64,000 nt of DNA. It comes from Fibrobacterota bacterium. Its GTDB lineage: Bacteria; Fibrobacterota; Fibrobacteria; UBA11236. Positions 56,614 through 64,000 of the stretch are shown piece by piece. The notes under the pieces are model-generated. The model searched no databases. It saw only the letters and a list, made by a program, of their open reading frames with translations, and was not told the origin of the DNA. Location: the NCBI GenBank assembly GCA_019509785.1, contig JAEKLQ010000037.1, positions 3,324-67,323 of the forward strand. Direction: 5' to 3'. The number at the start of each line of letters is the position of its first letter. Position 1 is the first letter of the stretch. Position numbers and translations under genes: made by a program.

Positions 56614-58095
56614 ATGCAAAGAAATTTGTACGCGGCACTGGTGTGCGGCAGTTTCCTTGGTCTTGGCTCCTTGGATGCCAAAACCATTCGGGTACCGGGG
56701 GACTTCCCGAACATCAACGGAGGCCTAACCAGCGCCGACTACGGCGACACGGTGCTCGTCTCTCCAGGCCACTACTATGAGAATGTCACCCTCGTGCAGG
56801 GCGTCGTCCTTAAAGGCACCAGCCAGCTTGAGTGCATCATCGACGGCATGCGCAAGGGTCCCACGATCTACGCGGTTACCGGCTCGGAGATCCAGAACTT
56901 CACCATTACTAATGGTATAGACGGGATCCTCTGCGAGAACTCCTCCCCGTACATCCACCACAACTGGATCCTCGACAATCAGGGCGCCGGCATCGGCGCC
57001 TTCATCTCCTTGCCGCAGATCTACAACAACGTGATCTACGGGAACCGCTGGTCGGGCATCCTTGCCTGGGGCGCCAAGTCGCTGGATACGCGCATCGAGA
57101 ACAACGTGGTGATGCGCAACGGCTATTCGGGCTTCACCTTGAAGGGTCCTTGCCGCATCGTGGTGCGCAACAACATCGTCCAGGAAAACCGCGAATACGG
57201 GATCTATTCGGATCCGGCCTCGGGCCAGTCCCAGATCGTCTACAACAACATTTACAAGAACGTCATCCCGTTCAATCGCTATACCAAGATCAATAAGACC
57301 AACATCTCCCATGACCCGCTTTACCTGAATCCCAGCCTGGGCACCGACGCGAACTATTTCGTGGCGGCCAAGTCCCCCATGGTCCGTCGCGGTTATGGGC
57401 AAGTGGATATCGGCCTCTTGGCCAAAGACCAAGTGGTCAATGTGGATGGTGATCGGGATAACGACGGGATCCCGGATTCCAGGGACGTGTGCCCGGATCT
57501 GGCCGAGGACATGGACGGATTCCAGGATGAGGACGGCTGTCCGGACTACGACAACGATAACGATGGAATCCCGGACGCCAAGGACAAATGCCCCAACGAG
57601 CCCGAAGACAAGGACGGCTTCGAGGATGCGGACGGATGCCCGGATCCGGATAACGATAAGGACGGCGTGCCGGACGTGCGCGACAATTGCCCTGACGTCG
57701 CCGGAGACGCGGCCCACAACGGCTGCCCCTACAAGGCCCCGGCCAAGCTCGAAGACAACTTCATCCTGGAAGGCGTGAACTTCCGCACCGGCAGCGCCGA
57801 ACTCACCGAAGACTCCTACTCCCACCTCGACGAGGTGTACGAGCAACTTGCGAAGTACCCGGATCGCCGGTATGAAATCGCGGGACACACGGACAATACG
57901 GCGAGCGACAAGATCAACATCAAGCTGTCCCTGGACCGCGCCAACACGGTGCGCGAGTACTTGGTCAACCGCGGCGTCGAATCCAGCCGCTTGGTAGCGA
58001 AGGGCTACGGCTCTTCGCGCCCCAAGGCTGACAATAAGACCGCTGCCGGCCGTAGCACCAATCGCCGCATCGAATTCTACCGGATTAAGAAATGA
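56614..58095 (+). CDS. Secreted protein: right-handed parallel beta-helix repeats + thrombospondin type-3 (Ca-binding) repeats + OmpA C-terminal peptidoglycan-binding domain
   Basis: Signal peptide ..LGLGSLDA|KT. PbH1-like repeats (NFTITNGIDGILCENSSPYIHHNWILDN, NNVIYGN, NNVVMRN, NNIVQEN). Five D-x-D-x-DG-[IV]-PD-x-x-D-x-CP repeats. OmpA_C: FRTGSAELT..YEIAGHTDNTAS..LSLDRANTVREYL..GYGSSRP..NRRIEF. Confidence 0.85.
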   Translation: MQRNLYAALVCGSFLGLGSLDAKTIRVPGDFPNINGGLTSADYGDTVLVSPGHYYENVTLVQGVVLKGTSQLECIIDGMRKGPTIYAVTGSEIQNFTITNGIDGILCENSSPYIHHNWILDNQGAGIGAFISLPQIYNNVIYGNRWSGILAWGAKSLDTRIENNVVMRNGYSGFTLKGPCRIVVRNNIVQENREYGIYSDPASGQSQIVYNNIYKNVIPFNRYTKINKTNISHDPLYLNPSLGTDANYFVAAKSPMVRRGYGQVDIGLLAKDQVVNVDGDRDNDGIPDSRDVCPDLAEDMDGFQDEDGCPDYDNDNDGIPDAKDKCPNEPEDKDGFEDADGCPDPDNDKDGVPDVRDNCPDVAGDAAHNGCPYKAPAKLEDNFILEGVNFRTGSAELTEDSYSHLDEVYEQLAKYPDRRYEIAGHTDNTASDKINIKLSLDRANTVREYLVNRGVESSRLVAKGYGSSRPKADNKTAAGRSTNRRIEFYRIKK

Positions 58096-60341
58096 ACAAG
58101 GGAGTGGCCGCAGTGAACTACAAAACCGCATTCCTTACGACCCTGGCCGCGACCGCGTTTTCCTTCGGCCAGATCACGTATAAGCCCCACGCCTACCAGC
58201 AGAACGATTGGTTCTCGGAGTTCGGCGATAACACCGCCATGTACGTGAACCCGGCGTCCATCGCCGAGAATGATCAGATTGAAGTGGCGGTTGGCCTCTT
58301 CCAGACCATTTCGGGGAAGGCCGGGCAGGAATTCATCAGCGCCGTCCATCCTTTCGACTACAACCATTCGGTCGGGGTCTCGGTGTTCGAGAACGGTTCT
58401 CCCATCGATGGGACCAACGCCGTGTATCTCGAGAACGCTTATAGCGTCGGGTATGCCTACAGGCTGGGTTTCTTCAGCCCCAACGGCATCTCCAATAAGG
58501 TGGCCGTAGGCGCGAACTTCACCATGATCCAGTTCAACGCCTTCAACGCGGTGAAGAGCTTCGGGTACGGCGGTGATCTCGGCCTGAGCTACAACCCGTT
58601 CAGCACTTCCCGTTACGGCCATCTCCAATTGGGCGTTTCCGTACAGAACGTGCTCCAGCCCCTGGTGAAGCTGCCGGACAATGCCGGCGATTATAAGATC
58701 CCCCGCAACCTGAATCTCTCCTACTTCTGGCGCGGGTTTAACAACCGGCTGGAATTGGCCGGCTCGGGTAGCCTTATCGACATCAGCCATGATGCGGCCG
58801 AAGGGCCGGGCGGAAACGAGTTCGTATATACGCAGCGGGCCACTTATTATCTGAGCCCTTTGTTGGGATTGAAGATGAAGCTGACCAAGCTCGGGTATCC
58901 GGTTTTCGGCGCCACGGTCAACGTGAAGCGCGTGAACTTGTTCCGCTACCTGCAATTGGATCTCGACATGTCCCACGATCGTCTGCAGACCCTCACCGGG
59001 CATGAGGACGAGGGCCGCGGCTTCGTCTGGAACTTCAAGGCCATCACCCGCGTAGGCCCGACGCGCGAAGAGCGCATCGGCGAAGCGCGTTATCGCCGCC
59101 TGAAAATCGAACCCGAAGATGCCTATCGCGAAGCCATGCGCCTGTACCTGGCCCGCAAGTTCCTGCTCGCCTCCTATGCCTTCGGCAAGGTCATCACCAA
59201 ATATCCGTCCTTCCACTTGGTCGATCAGGCTGCGTTCTATAAGGGTAAATCCTTCGAGAACTTGCGCATGCATCAGGCCGCGCGGGACGTGTACAACGAC
59301 GCCCTCAAGCGCTACACCGACTCGGATCAACGGCCCAAGTACATGTTCCAGTTGATGAATATCGACTATAAGGAAGGCAAGTTCGACGAGGCCACCAAGC
59401 GTTACCAGCAGATCGTCAATCTCTATCCGGAGTCGGACGTCAAGTCCGATGCCGACTACGTGATGGGCCAAATGCGCTTCATCCAGAAGGATTACTACGG
59501 GGCTATCTCCCTGTTGTCTCCCATCTTGCCCGGTAACGCCAATTACGTCTACGCCCGCTTCACCTTGGGTATGGCCTACGTCAACCTGAAGAAGTACAAG
59601 GAGGCGGAGGCCGCGTTCCAGGACATCATGGAAACCAAGCCTTCCAACTCTTCCGAACAGGAAATGAAGGAAGTCACCGCCGTGAAGCTGGGCCACATCA
59701 ACTTCGGCAAGGAACCACCCGCGCTCGTGAAAGCCGCCGAGTTCTACGGTTCGGTTTCGCCCTCCAGCTCCAAGTATGACGAGGCCTTGCTCGGTTTGGC
59801 CTGGTCCTTCATCAAGGTCCAGCGCCCGAAGGAAGCCGCCGGGTACGCCAACGATATCGTATCCAAGACCCCGAAGAGCCTGCTGGTGCCGGAAGCCCAC
59901 CTGCTGCTGGGTTACTGCGCCTACTTCGACAAGGATTACGATAAGTCCATCAAGGAATTCGACAACGCCATCGACTTGGCCGAAAAGAAGGCCGTGGCCG
60001 TGGCGGATATCCAGAAGAAGAAGGAAGACAACATGATGAACAGCCAGGAGTTCGCTTCCGTCCAGAAGGAAGCCCTCTTGCTGTCCAACCAGCTTCCGAC
60101 CCCGCGCGTGATGGAAAAGCGTGAGCAATTGCGCCCGAAGTTCGATGACATCCATAAGAAAATCGAGGATTACCTGGAGTTCTTGCGCGAGACCGAGCAG
60201 ATCGAGAAGTTCCTCGCGAATAAGGATCGCATCATCAAGGATGCGAAGTTCACCAAGGCCACGGTGATCAACATCAAGGCCGGCGCCGGCGAGAAGGCCC
60301 CGCCTTCCAAGCAGGATATCGAAAATCTGGACGTGAAATAG
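58092..60341 (+). CDS. Secreted protein: N-terminal beta-barrel-like domain (PorP/SprF-like N-terminus) fused to C-terminal TPR repeats and a coiled coil
   Basis: Signal peptide ..LAATAFSFG|Q. FSEFGDNTAMYVNPASIA resembles the FSQY..NPA start of PorP/SprF barrels; this family call is low confidence. TPR-like repeats begin around residue 330. The start overlaps the upstream stop (ATGA). Confidence 0.8.
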   Translation: MNKGVAAVNYKTAFLTTLAATAFSFGQITYKPHAYQQNDWFSEFGDNTAMYVNPASIAENDQIEVAVGLFQTISGKAGQEFISAVHPFDYNHSVGVSVFENGSPIDGTNAVYLENAYSVGYAYRLGFFSPNGISNKVAVGANFTMIQFNAFNAVKSFGYGGDLGLSYNPFSTSRYGHLQLGVSVQNVLQPLVKLPDNAGDYKIPRNLNLSYFWRGFNNRLELAGSGSLIDISHDAAEGPGGNEFVYTQRATYYLSPLLGLKMKLTKLGYPVFGATVNVKRVNLFRYLQLDLDMSHDRLQTLTGHEDEGRGFVWNFKAITRVGPTREERIGEARYRRLKIEPEDAYREAMRLYLARKFLLASYAFGKVITKYPSFHLVDQAAFYKGKSFENLRMHQAARDVYNDALKRYTDSDQRPKYMFQLMNIDYKEGKFDEATKRYQQIVNLYPESDVKSDADYVMGQMRFIQKDYYGAISLLSPILPGNANYVYARFTLGMAYVNLKKYKEAEAAFQDIMETKPSNSSEQEMKEVTAVKLGHINFGKEPPALVKAAEFYGSVSPSSSKYDEALLGLAWSFIKVQRPKEAAGYANDIVSKTPKSLLVPEAHLLLGYCAYFDKDYDKSIKEFDNAIDLAEKKAVAVADIQKKKEDNMMNSQEFASVQKEALLLSNQLPTPRVMEKREQLRPKFDDIHKKIEDYLEFLRETEQIEKFLANKDRIIKDAKFTKATVINIKAGAGEKAPPSKQDIENLDVK

Positions 60342-60388
60342 CGAGAGCCTTTGGGCCCCTTTCGCGGGCCCATTAGGTGAGGTTAACA

Positions 60389-63300
60389 ATGGAGAATGTC
60401 GTGACTAAATCGAACCTGTTCTTCCGTTTGGCGCTGGCTGGCGCCTTCGGGCTCTGCTTTGCGGTACAGTCCCACGCCGCCGATTCCAGGCTCGCCGACT
60501 TGAAGAAGCGGAAAATGGAATTGGACCAGATGCAGGCCAAGTGCGACGGCATGGATGGCTCTGACAAGGAAGACTGCCTGGCCAAGCGCCAGAAGAAAGT
60601 CGACAAGTACAAGACGGATTTGGAGTCCTATAAGGACGATCTCGCCAAGGAGCAGAGCCGTAATTCCAAACCCAGCCAGGAAAACAACGCGGACTTCTCC
60701 AATCGGATCGCCGGCCGCGAGGCCAGCATCCATGAATTCCAGGACTACGTCAACAGCTGTACTGAGAAGACCGATCGCTGCGCTTCGGCTCTGTTCCAGG
60801 TCGCTAACCTGACCTACCAGAACGAAGAAGACAGCTTCCTCCTAAAGCAGGAAAAGTACGAGAAGGACGACGCCAAGTGGGAAGACCATGATAAGCGCGG
60901 CCCGGAACCTGTCCAGCCCCGCCGCGATCATAAGGGCTCCATCCGTTACTTCGAACGGTTCCTCAAGGAATACCCCAACCACAGCAAGGTTCCGGAAGCC
61001 CTTGTGCGCGCCGCCTTCATCGCCGACATGCTCGGCAACGAGGACCGCGCCTATGAGTACCTGAATTTGCTGGTGACCCGCTTTCCGGACCATCCTCTCA
61101 ACATCCAGGCCCGCCTCCGTCTCGGCGAGTATTGGCTGCTGAAGCGCAAATACCAGAAGGCCATCGAGCAATACGAAAAGGTGCCGCTCGATTATCCAGG
61201 CAACGAAGCGGGCTTGGCCCTGTATCATCGCGCCGAGGCTTACTATAACCTCGCCGATTTCGAGAACGCCGCGAAGTGGTACTACGAATACGTGGTCCGC
61301 GCGGATGCCGGCAAGCTCAAGGCGGATTTGCGCGATGAGGCCCTTTCTTTCATGGCCGCCAGCTGGGCGGATATGGACAATGGTTTCGAGGTAGCAGAGA
61401 AGTTCCTTAGCTCCAAGGGCAATCCCAAGTGGGAAAAGGACATTTACTACGAGATCGGCGTCAAGAACCAGGCCCATGATCGGCTCGATGAATCGGTAAA
61501 GGCATTCAAGTTCCTGCTGGAAAAGGATCCCGCTTATCCGAAAGCGCCCACCGCGGATTTGGATATCGTCGACGTTCTCGTGATTCAGAAGAAAGCCGAA
61601 GAAGCGCAGCAAGCGCGTTTCGAACTCGTAAAGCGTTATGATGACGGATCCGAATGGATGCGCAAGAATTCGGGGAATACCGAAGCCGTCGAGCAAGCCA
61701 AGAAGGCCGTGAAGCTGGCGATGTACCACATCCCCGTCTATTACCATCAGAAGGGCGATGAGGGCAAAGGCGATCCGGACATGCTCCGTAAAGCCGAAGA
61801 GAACTACCGCAAGTACCTCGATCGCTATAGCGAAATGTCCTGGGACGTCTACCAGGTCCACCAGAATCTGGCCGTGCTCTATAACAAACTGAAGGACTAC
61901 AAGGCCTCGGCGAAGGAATGGGATTGGTGCGCCACGGCCAATACCGATAAGATGGGCAAGCTGCCCTCCGAAAAGAAGGACATCGTGACGAAGGCCGATG
62001 CGGCCTACAACACCGTTCTCATGATGGATGAGAATCGCAAGCAAGCGCTGGATCGCCTGAAGGGCGACAAGGCCGCCGCCTATAACGCCCAGGAGACCAA
62101 GGATTATTTCGCCGCCGTGGAGAAATACATGGCCCAGTACGGCAAGTCGAATTCGGCTCCCGAGCTGGCTTACAATGCCGCCTTCGTGGACTACGAAGCC
62201 AAGCAGTATAAGGAAGCGATCACGAGCTTGTCCAAACTGGCCGATCAATTCCCGAACCACGAGCATACGGTCTTGATCCGCCGCGCCTTGGCCCAGTCCC
62301 TCCTGGAGGATGGCCAATACGACCAGGCGGAACGCCAGTTCACCCTCTTGAAGAATAAGGTCTGCCCGTCCGATAAGCAGTGCGCCGAAATCAAGAAGGC
62401 TTTGGCCTCGACCGAATTCAAGCAGGCCGATACCAAGGCCAAGGCCGGCGATCACAATGCCGCCGCGCAGAAGTACGTCCAGTTGGCCCGTGATTTCCGT
62501 GACGTTGATATCGCCGACAAGGCCCTCTTCGAAGCCGGTGTCAACTTCGACTCGGCCGGACGTACCGAGGATGCGGTGCGCACCCTGCTCCGTATCCATT
62601 CGGAGTACCCCAAGTCCGATTTGCGCATCAAGTCGATCTTGAAGGGCGCCTCGATGTATATGGCCAAGAAGAAGTTCCGCGATGCCGCGGAAACCTTCTT
62701 GCTCATCCAGAAGAACTACCCGGACGATTCGTTGGCGATCCAATCCATCGCATGGGCCGCCGACGGGTATGAAAAGGCCGGGGAAGCCCACAAGGCGGGG
62801 CAGACCTATGAGTCGTCCTACCGCTTGTACCCGAACCACGTGAAAACGCCGTCCTACCTGTACAACGCCGGGCAGCTCTACGAAAACAACAAGGAGTATG
62901 GCGACGCCGTCGCCGTCTACAAGCTCATCGGCGAGAAGTTCCCCAAGAGCCAGTACGCCATCGAAGCCATCTTCTCGGTTCCGCTCTTGCTCGAAAAGCG
63001 CGGCGATTACGCCAAGGCGGCCTCTGCCTACGAGGACTTCGTCCGCCAGTACGAGAACGACAAGAACAAGTTGATCCGCGCCCACTTAGGGGCCGGCAAG
63101 AACTACGAGAACTTGGGTAACGAACAGAAGGCTTTGGACCATTTCGGCAAGGCCATCGCCATCCAGAAGAAGGACGGCGAGAAGGCGATGATCCCGCCCG
63201 CCATCGCGGCGGAAGCTGCTTATCGCGCCGGCGACATCTACTTCAAGAAGATCAAGAAGGTCCGCTTGGACGGTACCAAGGGCCAGAACGCGCAGCGCGT

Positions 63301-64000
63301 ATCGGAGATGCAGAAGCACCTGATCCCCGCCATCCAGTTCTACGCCAAGAGCGTGGAGATGGCCGAAGAAGAATGGGCATTGCGTTCCACCCTGCGCATG
63401 GGCGACCTTTTCTACACCATCGCCGAGATCTCGGATAACGAGCGCGCCGCCGGGCTATCCGGGGACGATCGCATCAAGGCCAAGATCGAGAGCAATGCCG
63501 GCATCCCCGGTTATCTGGAGAAGGCCATCGAGTTGTACAAGAAGAATCTCGAGATCGCCAACAACCAGGGCATCGAGAGTCCCTGGATCGATTCTTCGGG
63601 CGCCCGCTTCATGCAAGCATATGCCTTCAAGGGTCAAGCCCTCGAGAATCTGAGCAAGCTGTTCCTCCAGGTTCCGCTTCCCAAGAAGGCGGGCAAAGAG
63701 GAGCGCGATCAGCTGAAGCAAGCTTCGGATGAAACCAAGGAGAAGGCGGTCGCCAACTACAAGGAAGGCCTGCTGGCGGCCCAGAACTACCACGTGGAGA
63801 ACGAGGCTCGCCAGAAGATTGTCTCGCGCTTGAAGGACTTGTCTCCGGATGCGGCCGAGCTGAACGCCACGCCTACGGAACGTCCGAAGGCATCGGCTCC
63901 CGCGCAAGCCCCTGTCGCCAGCGCGGCCAAGGCGGACACTTCGGCCGCCAGCGCCGCCCCCGTTGCCGCCGATTTCAAGGACACCAAGTACGACGCCAAT
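60389..64000 (+). CDS. Very large secreted TPR-repeat protein, 3' end beyond the window (>1204 aa)
   Basis: I translated the frame by hand through 62042-64000 and spot-checked elsewhere; it is open to the window edge. Signal peptide MENVVTKSNLFFRLALAGAFGLCFAVQSHA|AD. The rest is dominated by TPR-like helical repeats (..AL.LY.RAEAYYNLADFENAAKWY..). It is absent from the ORF track only because no stop codon is reached. Confidence 0.8.
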   Translation, partial: MENVVTKSNLFFRLALAGAFGLCFAVQSHAADSRLADLKKRKMELDQMQAKCDGMDGSDKEDCLAKRQKKVDKYKTDLESYKDDLAKEQSRNSKPSQENNADFSNRIAGREASIHEFQDYVNSCTEKTDRCASALFQVANLTYQNEEDSFLLKQEKYEKDDAKWEDHDKRGPEPVQPRRDHKGSIRYFERFLKEYPNHSKVPEALVRAAFIADMLGNEDRAYEYLNLLVTRFPDHPLNIQARLRLGEYWLLKRKYQKAIEQYEKVPLDYPGNEAGLALYHRAEAYYNLADFENAAKWYYEYVVRADAGKLKADLRDEALSFMAASWADMDNGFEVAEKFLSSKGNPKWEKDIYYEIGVKNQAHDRLDESVKAFKFLLEKDPAYPKAPTADLDIVDVLVIQKKAEEAQQARFELVKRYDDGSEWMRKNSGNTEAVEQAKKAVKLAMYHIPVYYHQKGDEGKGDPDMLRKAEENYRKYLDRYSEMSWDVYQVHQNLAVLYNKLKDYKASAKEWDWCATANTDKMGKLPSEKKDIVTKADAAYNTVLMMDENRKQALDRLKGDKAAAYNAQETKDYFAAVEKYMAQYGKSNSAPELAYNAAFVDYEAKQYKEAITSLSKLADQFPNHEHTVLIRRALAQSLLEDGQYDQAERQFTLLKNKVCPSDKQCAEIKKALASTEFKQADTKAKAGDHNAAAQKYVQLARDFRDVDIADKALFEAGVNFDSAGRTEDAVRTLLRIHSEYPKSDLRIKSILKGASMYMAKKKFRDAAETFLLIQKNYPDDSLAIQSIAWAADGYEKAGEAHKAGQTYESSYRLYPNHVKTPSYLYNAGQLYENNKEYGDAVAVYKLIGEKFPKSQYAIEAIFSVPLLLEKRGDYAKAASAYEDFVRQYENDKNKLIRAHLGAGKNYENLGNEQKALDHFGKAIAIQKKDGEKAMIPPAIAAEAAYRAGDIYFKKIKKVRLDGTKGQNAQRVSEMQKHLIPAIQFYAKSVEMAEEEWALRSTLRMGDLFYTIAEISDNERAAGLSGDDRIKAKIESNAGIPGYLEKAIELYKKNLEIANNQGIESPWIDSSGARFMQAYAFKGQALENLSKLFLQVPLPKKAGKEERDQLKQASDETKEKAVANYKEGLLAAQNYHVENEARQKIVSRLKDLSPDAAELNATPTERPKASAPAQAPVASAAKADTSAASAAPVAADFKDTKYDAN

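Noticed and set aside
58077-60389. 770-aa ORF on the minus strand
   Set aside because: It is the antisense shadow of the 58092-60341 + strand barrel/TPR gene, with the same compositional argument. The + strand gene is also start/stop-coupled (ATGA) to its upstream neighbour.
60842-63085. 747-aa ORF on the minus strand
   Set aside because: It is the antisense shadow of the giant + strand TPR gene. Its product is a Gly/Leu/Val/Arg/His-rich low-information sequence (..GLIGLPRLVGFPGLFIPVGGP..) typical of reverse frames in GC-rich DNA. The + frame has a signal peptide and TPR periodicity.

Overview
GC-rich bacterial chromosomal segment. G/C-ending codons dominate and nearly every real gene has a long antisense 'shadow' ORF. 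I call about 47 protein-coding genes and one tRNA. I see no rRNA, CRISPR array, transposase, integrase or prophage genes. The content is mostly housekeeping. It includes fadD-fadN-fadA (beta-oxidation), sucC-sucD-mdh, gap | pgk-tpiA-secG-tRNA-Leu(GAG)-psd, ilvD, an aspartate-type aminotransferase, mtnN, tsaC, yraN and an oppABC-like transporter without ATPase genes. Signalling genes are a hybrid histidine kinase, CheR and a second hybrid kinase joined by 1-nt stop/start overlaps, plus two divergent Hanks-type Ser/Thr kinases. The envelope and secreted set is large. It comprises a metzincin, a multicopper oxidase, a TPR-transglutaminase lipoprotein, beta-helix-TSP3-OmpA, a PorP/SprF-like barrel fused to TPR, and a >1200-aa TPR protein running off the 3' edge. 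The short sigma-70 factor and a small 'histone H1-like' protein suggest an FCB-superphylum (Bacteroidetes/Fibrobacteres-like) lineage; this is inference only. Items I would look at again: (1) three copies of an intergenic palindrome built from 7-nt AGGGTNN units (G3N4 periodicity, so hairpin versus G-quadruplex potential), each just past a stop codon; (2) a roughly 1100-aa surface protein with nine Big_2 Ig repeats interleaved with three CxxCH...MP mono-haem-like modules; (3) an FHA-TM-coiled-coil-SLT lytic transglycosylase fusion co-oriented with an unrecognisable 452-aa protein; (4) an SbcD/SbcC-like pair whose ATPase carries a central transmembrane hairpin; (5) the OmpA/PorP-like/TPR envelope module. 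All functional calls rest on motifs read by eye; no database search was run.
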